A stretch of DNA of 64,000 bases from a virus: the IMG/VR virus record IMGVR_UViG_3300009156_000026, positions 37,734 to 101,733 of that record, one strand, 5' to 3'. Numbering within the stretch: position 1 is the first letter of the stretch; each line of letters begins with the position of its first letter. The position numbers and the translations under genes are program-made. Below are positions 43,879 through 53,611 of this stretch, piece by piece. Below the pieces are notes generated by a model. It saw only the letters and a program-made list of their open reading frames with translations, did not search any database and was not told where the DNA came from.

Positions 43879-46032
43879 GTGAGACGAGTTGCATTAGATG
43901 GATATGACATGACCATCGACGGAAGGATTGGCCTCAATCTGTTCCGCGATGGCAAGCGGCCGGCCGTGCTGGGCGGCAAGTTCGGACCGTCGGAGCAGAT
44001 GCGCAACCCCGGCGCGCTTGAGCAGGCGGTCGTCCTGGATCGCCTGGACGGCGGGGTGGGTGCGGTCGAGCGGCAGGTCCCGAACACCTACCCATTAGCG
44101 ATCGACGGCTGTACGCGGTTCGGACGGGCCTGGACGCCGTCAGGGTACATCACCGACCTGCCGCCGCTCGCTCCCTTCGACCTCGTGCCACCCGGCACGA
44201 TCACCGGGCTGCTGCCGTTTCGAGGGGTGCTGCTGGTCGGGGCGGGGCGGGTCATCTACGGGGTTGGCCCCGACGAGCTCGACGTCGCGATCCCGCTCGG
44301 GGTGCTGGCGAACCCGAACGAGGTCGTCTGCGACATGGTCGAGTTCCAGGGCCTGTTGTGCATCGGCACGACCAACACCCTCTCGGGCCAGCCCGGCCAC
44401 CTGTACATCTGGGACGGGACCGCGCTGGCCTCCGGCACCACGATCGCCCAGCACCTCTACAAGACGTATCAGGTGATCGACGACCTCGGGTCCTCTCGAC
44501 TGGTCGGCAACAACACCCTCTTCACGTTCAAGTTCATCGCGGCCACGGACCCGCCGGGCTCGGTCACGATGATCGACTTCCTGCTCGATGGGTCCAACTG
44601 GGTCGGCCCGGCCGGCACCAACGGCTATCAGGTCGGGGACACCTCGGCCCCGATCACCAACATCGGTGGCTCCCCGCTGGTCGTCTTCTTCGCCAAGACC
44701 GATGGCGTCTACCACGTCGGCCCGGACGGACGGGCCGCCCGCATCGTCGACTGGTCGGACTCCCAGCACCGCACCAATGGGCAGGTCTTCAAGTTCGCCT
44801 ACGGTGGGATGTACGCCTCCAACTTCCGCTGGGGGCTGGTCCGTGTGGACGTGGCCAACCTCCAAGTCCAATGGCAAACCAACGCCTGTGGGCCCGGCGT
44901 CAACCTGCCACGGGTGGTGCCATCGACCGGGCTGGTGACGGCGATCACGCTCGACGGCGAGTGGATCGTGATCGCCCAGTGGAACGGGCGCGACTCGTAC
45001 ACCTTCTACGCCCGCCCGGTGGAGATCACCGAGCGGGTCGCGATGATCAACATTGCCTCGCCCCAGGCGTTGAACTGGCACGGGTCCGAGGGGACGTTCT
45101 GGGGCAAGCAGGTGACCCAGCTTGAGGTGGTGGTGCTGGGCTCTGGGACAAGCGAGCGCCCGCTGCTGTTCGTTGGCTGGCAGCGGCCCGACGGGACACC
45201 CGGACTCTCGCACGTCAGCCTGCCGAAGCTCGGGACGCCGCTGGAAGACTGGCTCGTCGGCGGTCCACACCGCTTCCAGCCGTCAAGCTGGCTCTACTTT
45301 CCGAGGCAGGACTGGGGCGATGAGCGCGGCGGGCCGTTCGGCGGCTGGGCCAGCGTCAGAAAAGTCTTCAACAGGTTGGATCTCTCGGCCGACTACCTGG
45401 AGCGGTACGCCTGCTGGGTGGACGCCTACATGGCGAACACGGGCGGCCATGGCCTGTTCTACGACCGCGCGCTCTCCGACGGGGAGGACGGCTACGACCC
45501 GCTGCGCCCGACTCTCTGGACGGGGGTCGGGCGGTTCGACGAAGGGGATCGGATCTCGATGGTCCCCGGCAAAACGATCCAGTCGGGCCTCAAGGCGGCC
45601 CTGATGCTCAGGGGCCACTGCGAGCCGAACCACCCGTTTGCGTTCTACGGGGCGAAATTGCGCGGCACCCCGATGATTGAGCAGAGCGAGCGGCGGCAGT
45701 ACCGGGTGACGTTCGGGCGCTCCCGCAAGGCCAACCAGGGCCAGGACCACCGCGAGATCTTGTCGATCATGAACGAGATGTGGGCCTTGCAGTGGGCCGA
45801 CCCGGTCTCGCTCAGCGATCAGTACCGGCTGCCGCTGGTGGTCGATGTCGAGCCGACCATGAGCTACGAAGACACCACGGAGCCGAGCACGGGCGAGCCG
45901 ACCGTCGTCGTCACGTTCACCTGTCGGGTCGTCAGAAGAGGGTTCTTCTGGGGCGCCGGGTACAGGTGGGGTGGCGAGATCGTTTGGAGCGGCGGCGGCC
46001 CGACGATGGGCCCGCCACCGCCGACGGAGTGA
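43879..46032 (+). CDS. putative tail nozzle / beta-propeller stabilisation protein (717 aa)
   Basis: Beta-rich repeats (LLVGAG..IY, LCIGT, VFFAKTDGVY) typical of podoviral tail tubular B/nozzle proteins; inferred from size and position. Confidence 0.55.
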   Translation: MRRVALDGYDMTIDGRIGLNLFRDGKRPAVLGGKFGPSEQMRNPGALEQAVVLDRLDGGVGAVERQVPNTYPLAIDGCTRFGRAWTPSGYITDLPPLAPFDLVPPGTITGLLPFRGVLLVGAGRVIYGVGPDELDVAIPLGVLANPNEVVCDMVEFQGLLCIGTTNTLSGQPGHLYIWDGTALASGTTIAQHLYKTYQVIDDLGSSRLVGNNTLFTFKFIAATDPPGSVTMIDFLLDGSNWVGPAGTNGYQVGDTSAPITNIGGSPLVVFFAKTDGVYHVGPDGRAARIVDWSDSQHRTNGQVFKFAYGGMYASNFRWGLVRVDVANLQVQWQTNACGPGVNLPRVVPSTGLVTAITLDGEWIVIAQWNGRDSYTFYARPVEITERVAMINIASPQALNWHGSEGTFWGKQVTQLEVVVLGSGTSERPLLFVGWQRPDGTPGLSHVSLPKLGTPLEDWLVGGPHRFQPSSWLYFPRQDWGDERGGPFGGWASVRKVFNRLDLSADYLERYACWVDAYMANTGGHGLFYDRALSDGEDGYDPLRPTLWTGVGRFDEGDRISMVPGKTIQSGLKAALMLRGHCEPNHPFAFYGAKLRGTPMIEQSERRQYRVTFGRSRKANQGQDHREILSIMNEMWALQWADPVSLSDQYRLPLVVDVEPTMSYEDTTEPSTGEPTVVVTFTCRVVRRGFFWGAGYRWGGEIVWSGGGPTMGPPPPTE

Positions 46033-46104
46033 TGTGACATGCGGCTACCATGAGGGTGAGGGGTGGGTCGTACGGACTCCCCACCGCCTCCTCACGCACC
46101 TGGG

Positions 46105-46139
46105 ACCCGTCGGTTGTGCGGCCGACGGGTTCTTCGTTT
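46105..46139 (+). terminator. intrinsic terminator
   Basis: ACCCGTCGG-ttgtgcgg-CCGACGGGT-TCTTCGTTT. Confidence 0.7.
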
Positions 46140-46156
46140 GTGGCGGTAGCTTGTCG
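46137..46156 (+). promoter_or_regulatory. conserved intergenic 20-mer, copy 2
   Basis: TTTGTGGCGGTAGCTTGTCG identical to 8973-8992; 60 nt upstream of the ATG at 46216. Confidence 0.5.
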
Positions 46157-46215
46157 TCCGGCAATCTGGCAGGGTCCCCGCAGGTGCGCAGCGCTGGCTG
46201 CTGCGGAGGGGGACG

Positions 46216-46682
46216 ATGGCCGAGCCGGTCCAGCCCAGAGAAGGGGACGTCGCGTTCGCGGTCAGTGTTGCGACGCTCTACGACCTGACGATCGGGCGGG
46301 TCGCCTGGGACGTCAGGCTGACCCGCTGGAGCTCGCCCGACAAGGCGACGTTGACGCTGGCGAACAGGACCCCCGGCGGCCCGGTCTTGAACATCCTGCC
46401 GTGGGACTTCTACCTGACCCCGCCGGGCCACCCGCTGCCGCCGCCGATCCTGTCGATCTCGAACGACGGCATCTCGTCGATGCGGGTCGGCGGCTACATC
46501 GACCTGCTGGAGCAGGCGTCGGCGCCGGCTGCCCGGCGGCGGGCTCAGACACGCTGCGGATGTACTACCAGGGCGACCGTCTCTGGTTCAAGCTCGACGG
46601 CGTAGACGACCCGTTCGAGATCCCGATCGGGGAGGCGCCCGGCCCGTCCGCCCGCTACGCGTTCTGGATGGGGGGCGGCTGA
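46216..46682 (+). CDS. tail-region protein split by a -1 frameshift at about 46533 (about 155 aa when joined)
   Basis: Frame 1 is coding-like up to EQASAPAA; frame 0 continues PAAGSDTLRMYYQGDRLWFKLDG...; one extra C in GCCCGG restores the frame. Confidence 0.6.
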
Positions 46683-46683
46683 G

Positions 46684-47061
46684 ATGCCTGAGTTTCCAGA
46701 CCGTCTGTGTGACAACGAGCTTTCCCGTCGGCCAGCCGCCAACGCCTACAAGCTGTACTACACCGCCACCTCCGCAGCCTACTTCGGGATGGGCGTGGCC
46801 AACACCACCACCGGCGACCTGCACGTCTCGGTCTTCCTGATCCCGGCCGCCGAGGTCGGCTGGTCCGAGCCGTCCGCGCCCCCGCCGTACACCGAGATCG
46901 TCAGCCGCAAGCTGATCGAGGCCGACGCCACGCAGAGCGAGCCCTGGGAGATGCCCAACTGCGTGCTGCGGAGCGGCGACAAGATCGCCGTCTTCACCGA
47001 CGTCGTGGGCGCCAACTTCAACGGCCACGGCATCCGCATCACGGGCGACCCGGTCCCATGA
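46684..47061 (+). CDS. small virion tail-associated protein (125 aa)
   Basis: KLYYT...GVANTT...VFLIP...LRSGDKI resembles small proteins preceding tail fibres. Confidence 0.65.
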   Translation: MPEFPDRLCDNELSRRPAANAYKLYYTATSAAYFGMGVANTTTGDLHVSVFLIPAAEVGWSEPSAPPPYTEIVSRKLIEADATQSEPWEMPNCVLRSGDKIAVFTDVVGANFNGHGIRITGDPVP

Positions 47062-48554
47062 GCCGTGGCGCGACGCCGTACGCCACCCGTGGGACGACCC
47101 TGGCGCTGCCGAAGGGGACGCTGGAGAACCCGGCCCTGCGGCTGGGCGGCGAGCGGCTGGGCCTCTATCGGGTGGCGCCCGCGCGGCTGGGACTGGGCGT
47201 CAACAGGTTCCGCGCCGTCGAGGTGGCCGAGCAGGGCACGATCGTGCGCTCGAACGCCCCCGGGGCCGGCAACGTCGCCCCGCTGGCGTTTGCTCGCGCC
47301 AACCCGACCACCGACGACGGCCAGGAGACGGCGCTCGATAGCTTCGAGGGGACCCAGCTTCGCGGGCGGCTCGCGCTCTACCGCCAGGAGACGGGCAAGT
47401 ACGGCTGGCGCCTGTACGGCTCGACGGGCGGGGCACTCACGACCGACCTGACCCTCACGGGCGACGGCGACTTGACCACCCGTCGGGACCTCCACGCCGT
47501 CCGCGACGTCCGCGCCGACCGCGACCTCGTGGTGGCCGGGGCCGGCTCGGTCACAGGCCAGTTGACGCTCAATCAGGCGGTCAATCAGACGGCCCTGTCG
47601 ATCCCGAACGGCAACGCCGTGCTCGGCGGCACGCTGCGGGTCACCGGCATGCTCTCCGCGAACGGCGGGATCACGCTGCCAGCGGGCGGGCTCTCGATCC
47701 CGGCCGGCGGCCTGAACGGCAACGTGATCCAGGCCCGCACGCTGGTGGGTACCCAGCTTGTCGTCGGCACGCTTGGGTCGAACGAGATCGCCGTCGGCGG
47801 CGTCCACGGCAACCGCCTCCAGGGCAACACGGTCACGACCAACGAGATCCAGGACGGCACGATCCTCGGGAGCGACATCAACGCCGGCACCAGCATCTCG
47901 GTCGCCGGGCTGACCGTCGGCGGGCTGGGCGCGACGCTCGGCGGCGTCGTGCGACTGACGGGGGCTGGGTACGCCCTCCAGATCGACAACAGCATGAATG
48001 TCGGCAGTCAGGTCCTCGCCAACAGCCTGAGCGCGCTGAGCGCCACGCTCACGTCGAGCGGGGCCTCGGCCCTGGATGTTACCGGCGGCGGCAGCTTCGG
48101 CGGCTCGCTCAGGACCAACGGCAACCGCTTCTACCAGCAGGTCTCGGCCAGCGCCGTCTCCCAGATCATCAGCGGGGTGGTGCCCGGCGAGCGCCAGGAG
48201 ATCCAGTTGTGGGGCTACAACGCCGGCGTGCAGGCCGTGATCGGGCTCGGGGCCGGGGCCGGCCAGTACATGGGCGGGTACGGCGACCTGTCGATCTACA
48301 CCGCGACGGCCGGGGCGCTGCACTTCGGGGTCGCGAGCTCCCGTCGGATGTCGATCACGGCCAGCGGCGACGTCAACATCGACGCGCGGCTGTTCACGAC
48401 GGCCTACATCAGCTTCACGATCCCCGGCTCGCAGTCGATGGTCTTCGACATCTGGGGCAACACCTGCCTGTCCGCGTCGGGCGGGGCGATCGTGACCTAC
48501 ATGCAGATCCGGGTGGGCGGAAGCTTCTACAAGCTGGGCCTGCACGCCGTCTAA
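47058..48554 (+). CDS. tail fibre / receptor-binding protein (498 aa)
   Basis: Gly/Thr/Val-rich beta repeats (GDGDLT, VAGAGSVTG, RMSITASGDV), typical of fibres. Confidence 0.75.
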   Translation: MSRGATPYATRGTTLALPKGTLENPALRLGGERLGLYRVAPARLGLGVNRFRAVEVAEQGTIVRSNAPGAGNVAPLAFARANPTTDDGQETALDSFEGTQLRGRLALYRQETGKYGWRLYGSTGGALTTDLTLTGDGDLTTRRDLHAVRDVRADRDLVVAGAGSVTGQLTLNQAVNQTALSIPNGNAVLGGTLRVTGMLSANGGITLPAGGLSIPAGGLNGNVIQARTLVGTQLVVGTLGSNEIAVGGVHGNRLQGNTVTTNEIQDGTILGSDINAGTSISVAGLTVGGLGATLGGVVRLTGAGYALQIDNSMNVGSQVLANSLSALSATLTSSGASALDVTGGGSFGGSLRTNGNRFYQQVSASAVSQIISGVVPGERQEIQLWGYNAGVQAVIGLGAGAGQYMGGYGDLSIYTATAGALHFGVASSRRMSITASGDVNIDARLFTTAYISFTIPGSQSMVFDIWGNTCLSASGGAIVTYMQIRVGGSFYKLGLHAV

Positions 48555-48582
48555 GTGCCTGCATCTCAGGCTTGGAGGATCC

Positions 48583-48933
48583 GTGGGCGAGGCGAAACGA
48601 CGGCGGGAGCGGACGGCGCTGGCTGCGCAGATCGAGCCGTCCGAAGCGGCCTACCTGCGGCGGGTCCGAGCCCAGACCCAGGAGGCGGCCCGGATCGAGC
48701 AGCAGGCGGCCGAGCTCGAACAGCGGGCCGGGACGCTGCGGCGGACGGCGGTCGCGCTGTACGGGGCGCACGAGTCGTTCGTCGACCACCTGTGTGAGAA
48801 GTACGGCCTCGACCCCAAGACCGACCTGATCGATCCCGACACGGCCGCGATCACGCGGATGCCGGTGCTGGACCTCGACGAGGATGGGCTGCCCGCCGAC
48901 GGGCAGCCCGTGAACGGGATGGTCAGGCCATGA
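48583..48933 (+). CDS. small coiled-coil protein (116 aa)
   Basis: GGAGG RBS; heptad-like EQQAAELEQRA. Confidence 0.7.
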   Translation: MGEAKRRRERTALAAQIEPSEAAYLRRVRAQTQEAARIEQQAAELEQRAGTLRRTAVALYGAHESFVDHLCEKYGLDPKTDLIDPDTAAITRMPVLDLDEDGLPADGQPVNGMVRP

Positions 48934-48946
48934 GGGATGCAGCCCG

Positions 48947-49204
48947 ATGATCGACTGGCCCGGCTGGGTGGAGAAGTTCACGTTGCCGGTCGCGATGCTG
49001 GCCGTCGCCACGGTGATCCTCTGGAAGTTCGTCGGGGCGACGCTCGATCGGGTCTTCAAGCTGTACGAGGCCCGCTTAGCTGCCCTGGAACGGCGCCTCG
49101 TGGCCGACGAGGCCCGGATCTCGGCGCTGGAGACCCAGCGCGACGAGCTCGTGATGCGGCTGCTCCCAAACATCGCCGCCGCACGGGGGGAGACGTCTCC
49201 GTGA
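48947..49204 (+). CDS. holin-like membrane protein (85 aa)
   Basis: Single N-terminal hydrophobic segment (LPVAMLAVATVILWKFVG) plus coiled coil; directly upstream of the endolysin. Confidence 0.55.
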   Translation: MIDWPGWVEKFTLPVAMLAVATVILWKFVGATLDRVFKLYEARLAALERRLVADEARISALETQRDELVMRLLPNIAAARGETSP

Positions 49205-50607
49205 AAGCGCTGATGACCAGCACCCCCGTCGTCTCGGGCGCCCCGCCCCACTACGACTGGACCTACCCGTCGATCCTCCAGAATCACGACTGGGATTGTA
49301 GCGAAGAATCGACACGATGGTGCCTGTTCGCCTACGGGAGGACGCCAGACGACGCCTGGATGGAGTCGTCGATGATCGCGGCTGGGGTGATCTCGCCCGA
49401 GGCCGGCTGTCTCGACGCGACGGGTGCTGGCTTGGCTCAGTGGGTCAACGACCAGTATGGCGAGTACGGGTATCTGGCCTCGAACGAGCCGACGGTCTCC
49501 TTCGACGCCGTCATGGCCGAGGCGCGGACCCACAAGCACCCGCTGGCCATGGGCGGGCGCGCCTTTTACCACTGGGTCGGGGTGCGTGGCTACGACCCGG
49601 TGATGGACCGTCTCATTCTTGCGAACCCAGCCCCCGGGTACAAGGGCATCTACCAGACGATGACCCGCCAGGAGTTCGAGAACCTGGGCGGATTTTCGAT
49701 GTTGCGGGTCACCCACCCCGAGGCCGAGAGCGGCGGCGGAGTGGTTCCCAGCACCTTGCCTGGGGGGATCGACGTAAGCTCGCACCAGGGCTACGTCGAC
49801 TGGACGGCCGTCCGCAACGCCGGCGCGGCCTTCGGCTGGAGCAAGGCCACGGGCGGGGCGTGGTACAAGAACCCGACCTTCTCCGCCAACTGGGCCGGCA
49901 TGCAAGCGGCCGGCCTGAAGAAGGGCGCCTACCACTACGCGTTCGAGCCGTCTGGCCAGCCGTTCCCAGGCCCGGGCCCCGAGGCGGAAGCCTCCTACTT
50001 CCTGGACACCGTGGCCCCGCTCGGCCTGAGCCAGGGCGACATGTTGTGCCTGGACATCGAAGAGGGCGCAGGCGACGTCGCGCGCTGGGCGCTCCAGTGG
50101 TGCGAGCAGGTCGAGAAGCTGGTCGGCTTCGCCCCGATGCTCTACTCGGGGGCGTGGTTCACCGACCAGCACGGCTTCGCTCAGGTCCCCGACCTGAAGC
50201 GGTACCTGCTCTGGCAGGCCGCCTACCAGTCGACGATGCCGGCCCCCGCTGCCCCCTGGGACACGATCTCGATGTGGCAGTTTACCGACTCGGCCACGGT
50301 CCCGGGGGTCTCTGGCGGGGTCGACGGCAACTGGTTCAACGGCAGCCTCCAGGACCTCCAGGCCCTCGGCAAGCCCGGCCAGGGGCCGTCTCCTGAAGAC
50401 CCCTACCTGCCGTGGCGGGGCCTGATCGGCTCCGGGATCTTAGACATGATGGAGGTCGACGGTACGCTGCCGGCCTCTTCCAAGAGTACGTGGCTCCCGC
50501 TTGGGACCTCGCCCGCCGACGTCGAGTCGGTGATGGGCCAGAACGGGGTCACCTACAACTGGACGGTCTCGACGACCAACCAGGGCTTCCGGTACCGGCC
50601 GGAGTGA
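49201..50607 (+). CDS. endolysin: C39-like peptidase plus GH25 muramidase (about 468 aa)
   Basis: QNHDWDCS (Cys), YHWVGVRGYD (His), LANPA; GIDVSSHQG, KATGG, GAYHY, LDIEE, WQFT, VDGNWF; GTG at 49201 with GGGGGAG RBS. Confidence 0.9.
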   Translation: MKALMTSTPVVSGAPPHYDWTYPSILQNHDWDCSEESTRWCLFAYGRTPDDAWMESSMIAAGVISPEAGCLDATGAGLAQWVNDQYGEYGYLASNEPTVSFDAVMAEARTHKHPLAMGGRAFYHWVGVRGYDPVMDRLILANPAPGYKGIYQTMTRQEFENLGGFSMLRVTHPEAESGGGVVPSTLPGGIDVSSHQGYVDWTAVRNAGAAFGWSKATGGAWYKNPTFSANWAGMQAAGLKKGAYHYAFEPSGQPFPGPGPEAEASYFLDTVAPLGLSQGDMLCLDIEEGAGDVARWALQWCEQVEKLVGFAPMLYSGAWFTDQHGFAQVPDLKRYLLWQAAYQSTMPAPAAPWDTISMWQFTDSATVPGVSGGVDGNWFNGSLQDLQALGKPGQGPSPEDPYLPWRGLIGSGILDMMEVDGTLPASSKSTWLPLGTSPADVESVMGQNGVTYNWTVSTTNQGFRYRPE

Positions 50608-50612
50608 GTGGG

Positions 50613-51362
50613 ATGGCGATCATGACCGACCGTCATGCCACCCACCTGGGGCGCCGGGTGATCGTCGACTCCCGCGACCTCTGGTACCTGCTGGCCGATC
50701 AGGCGCCTGAGGTCTTCACGCAGCCGCTGGCTACCCGTGGGCGGGTCGTCTTCACGCAGCCCCCGGCTACCCGTGGGCGGGTCCTCCGTGGCCCCGTCTA
50801 CGACCAGGGCAGCCATCCATGGGCGGTCTCCTGCGCGCTCCTGGCCAACCTGCACGCCTCGCCACGGAAGATCGGCGTGCCAAGAACCCCGACGGTCGAG
50901 ATCCTCGACCGCCTGATCCGCGAGATCGAGGGGGCCACTGGCCCGTCGGTGACCGTGCGATCGGGCTGCAAGGCGCTCAAGCGGCTGGGCCTGATCACGG
51001 GCTACGCCTGGAGCTACGAAGCGTCCGAGGTCAGGGACTGGCTGCTCTCTGGCCGTGGGATTACCCTGGGCCTGGACTGGTACGAGATGATGGACCAGCC
51101 CGACGAGCAGGGCCTGATCCGCGCCTGGGGGCGGCCGGCTGGTGAGCACGCCGTGTTCGCCTTCGGCTACGACCTGCTGACTGACACGGTGCTGCTCCAG
51201 AACAGCCGTGGGCCCGACTGGGGCGGCTGGTCGACGAGGCCGGGCCGCCGCGACTTCCGAGGCTGCGCGCGGCTGCCGCTGAGCGACCTCAACAAGCTGC
51301 TGGTCGACAACGGCGAGGCCGTCGCCCTGGCCAAGAATCCGGACTGGCGAGGCATGCCATGA
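50613..51362 (+). CDS. papain-like (C1) peptidase homologue, catalytic Cys apparently substituted
   Basis: PVYDQG, GEHAV..FGYD and QNSRG.DWG are present, but DQGSHPWAV has Ala where DQGxxGSC has Cys. Confidence 0.7.
   Translation: MAIMTDRHATHLGRRVIVDSRDLWYLLADQAPEVFTQPLATRGRVVFTQPPATRGRVLRGPVYDQGSHPWAVSCALLANLHASPRKIGVPRTPTVEILDRLIREIEGATGPSVTVRSGCKALKRLGLITGYAWSYEASEVRDWLLSGRGITLGLDWYEMMDQPDEQGLIRAWGRPAGEHAVFAFGYDLLTDTVLLQNSRGPDWGGWSTRPGRRDFRGCARLPLSDLNKLLVDNGEAVALAKNPDWRGMP
50712..50783 (+). repeat. 36-bp in-frame tandem duplication (2 mismatches)
   Basis: GTCTTCACGCAGCC(GCT/CCC)GGCTACCCGTGGGCGGGTC twice. Confidence 0.9.
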
Positions 51363-53611
51363 GGCTGGGCGTCTGTATCGGCGGGTCCGTCCTGACGCCG
51401 GACTGGCGCGTCGAGGCGCTGGGCGGGACGGCCGTCTCGTTCCCGCTCGGGCCGCCCGACGAGGAGGTGGCCGGGTACCTGGAGTGGTTCCGAGGGAAGG
51501 GCCACGACGTCCTGGCGGTCCTGGGGCCACGGGCGATCGTCGAGCCCGGCGACTGGCGGGCCTCGGCCAGGGCCGCGCTCGGTCGGCTCTCCGGGCTCGT
51601 CGCGGAGGGGCTGGTCACCCAGGTCGCGCTGGGCTACGAGCCGGACGACGGCTGGCCGGGCGACCCGATGAGCGACGACCCGCTGGTGCTGCCGCGCGGC
51701 GGGGTCGGCTCCTGGGTGCTGTCGACCGCCGACCTGGGCGAGCTCGTCCACCGGGCCCGTGAGCAGCTTGGCCAGCGGGTGCCGCTCTTGCTGGGTGGGC
51801 TGGTCTCGGGCCGTCCCGAGTGGCTATCCCGGCTGGATCTCGCGGCGGTCGACGGCGTGCTGATCCACCCGTACGCCGAGCAGGACCTGGGGGCCCTGCT
51901 CGACGGCGTCGCCTCGGAGATCGCGGCCCAGGGCCTCACGGGACGGGTCTCGATCGGGATCGGGGAGCTCGGCCGATCGGACCACGTCCTCAGACGGGGC
52001 GCGATCGCTGACTGGTACGCGCGAGTCCTCCCGGAGCTTGCCCAGCGTGGCGACGTCGCGGCCTGCTTCGTCTGCTGCGACTCCGACCTGACCCAGGACG
52101 GCTACGGCCTGTTCGACGCCCAGGACCGCGCCAAGCCGGCCGTCGCGAGCGTCTTCGAGATAGCCAAGCGACTGGTCGGCCCGGGATCCGAAGCCTCCCC
52201 CGGCAGCCCGCTGGTGGGCCTCCAGCCAGAGCCGGTGTCCGACGAGCCCGATGAGCCCGATGAAGACCTGCCCTGGCCACGGAGTCTGGCCCTCTCGCCC
52301 GAGGAGATCGGACGGGCGCTGGGGCCGCCCGCCGGCGGGGTGCTGGAGGTCGACAGCATCGTCGCTGTCTGGCCCGAGGCCGGCCCCCACCTCGCGCTCT
52401 ACGACGTCGACCGCGAGCCGTCCCCCGCCGTGGCCCTGGTGGCGGCGATCTGGGTCGGCACCGACGGGACCTTTCGTCCCTCAGCCGAGGACGGCCGCTA
52501 CGATCGCTGCGAGCGCCTGTACGGCCGAGGGACCCAGACCGGCCTGATGCTGGGCAACCGCCACCATGGCGACGGCCATCGGTTCCGGGCCCGTGGGCTG
52601 GTGCCGATCCGTGGACGGGCCGCCTACGAGCGGTACGGCGACCTGCTCGGGTTCGACCTCGTTGCAGACCCGGACCTCCTGCGGGAGCCGGCGATCGCGA
52701 TGGCGGTAGCTTGCGCCCTGTTCGAGGCGAACGACCTGTGGGCGGCAGCAGCGAGAGGCGACTACGCCGCCGTCAGGCGAACGATCGACCCGGGCCTGAA
52801 CGGGTACGCGGCGTTCCTGGGGGCCGTGCAGCGCCTCTGGGCGATGATCGATCGCCAGGGCGACGAGGCGGCCGAGCTCGATCAGCCGGCCCTGGCGGGC
52901 GTCTACGCACGGGCCCAGGCGATGGTCGGGCAGCCGTATCAGCTTGGCGGCGCCCGTCCGGCCGGGTTCGACTCGGGCGGGCTGGTTGCCTGGGCCTACC
53001 TGACGGCCTCCGGCACCGACCTGCCGATCGACCCCGACGCGATCGCCGGCTGGTCGCAGCCGATCGGCCCGGAGGCTGCCCGTCCGGGCGACCTCGTGCT
53101 GTACCAGTACGGCGACCCGTCCCGTGGCGGGGCCGGCTACGCCCACATCGCGATCGTGACCGAGCGTCCAGATCTGGTCCTCGATAGCCGGGTCGGGCTG
53201 GGGGTCGGGACACGGGCGCACGTCCAGGGTGCGGTCAGGCGGTACCGACGGGTCTTCACCGACGCCCAGCTACGACAGGCAACGACAGAAAGCGACGAGG
53301 CGATGTGGAAAGAGCGCTACGAGGAGGCGATGGCTCGGGTCGGTGAGCTCGCCGGGCAGATCGATCTGGAGCGCGCCAAGCTGAACGCGGCGATGCCGAT
53401 CGTGGCCAGACCGGCCGACTCGGCGGTCAAGGCCGAGCACGTCGAGTACGGGCAGGCGATGGAGCGCTGGCAGGGCCACATGGTGGCGATGCTGGAGGAT
53501 CGTGACGTCGGGCTCATGCGGATCGCGGCCCAGATGCAGGCGCTGCCAGACGCCCTGGCGACCACACCAGGGCCACAAGTGGACACAACGGGACAGGAGA
53601 CGTCTCCATGA
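51359..53611 (+). CDS. multidomain hydrolase-like protein: clan GH-A TIM barrel + GH19-like + NlpC/P60 + coiled coil (750 aa)
   Basis: LGYEPDD and IGIGELG (GH-A glutamates); LGN...GDGHRFRARGLVPIRGRAAY (GH19-like); GQPYQLGG...GFDSGGLV...HIAI (NlpC/P60). Confidence 0.75.
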   Translation: MRLGVCIGGSVLTPDWRVEALGGTAVSFPLGPPDEEVAGYLEWFRGKGHDVLAVLGPRAIVEPGDWRASARAALGRLSGLVAEGLVTQVALGYEPDDGWPGDPMSDDPLVLPRGGVGSWVLSTADLGELVHRAREQLGQRVPLLLGGLVSGRPEWLSRLDLAAVDGVLIHPYAEQDLGALLDGVASEIAAQGLTGRVSIGIGELGRSDHVLRRGAIADWYARVLPELAQRGDVAACFVCCDSDLTQDGYGLFDAQDRAKPAVASVFEIAKRLVGPGSEASPGSPLVGLQPEPVSDEPDEPDEDLPWPRSLALSPEEIGRALGPPAGGVLEVDSIVAVWPEAGPHLALYDVDREPSPAVALVAAIWVGTDGTFRPSAEDGRYDRCERLYGRGTQTGLMLGNRHHGDGHRFRARGLVPIRGRAAYERYGDLLGFDLVADPDLLREPAIAMAVACALFEANDLWAAAARGDYAAVRRTIDPGLNGYAAFLGAVQRLWAMIDRQGDEAAELDQPALAGVYARAQAMVGQPYQLGGARPAGFDSGGLVAWAYLTASGTDLPIDPDAIAGWSQPIGPEAARPGDLVLYQYGDPSRGGAGYAHIAIVTERPDLVLDSRVGLGVGTRAHVQGAVRRYRRVFTDAQLRQATTESDEAMWKERYEEAMARVGELAGQIDLERAKLNAAMPIVARPADSAVKAEHVEYGQAMERWQGHMVAMLEDRDVGLMRIAAQMQALPDALATTPGPQVDTTGQETSP

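Noticed and set aside
52701-52716. TGGCGGTAGCTTG match to the intergenic 20-mer
   Set aside because: Inside a coding region (MAVAC), where GCG-GTA is explained by CCGCGG-type codon avoidance; likely coincidental.
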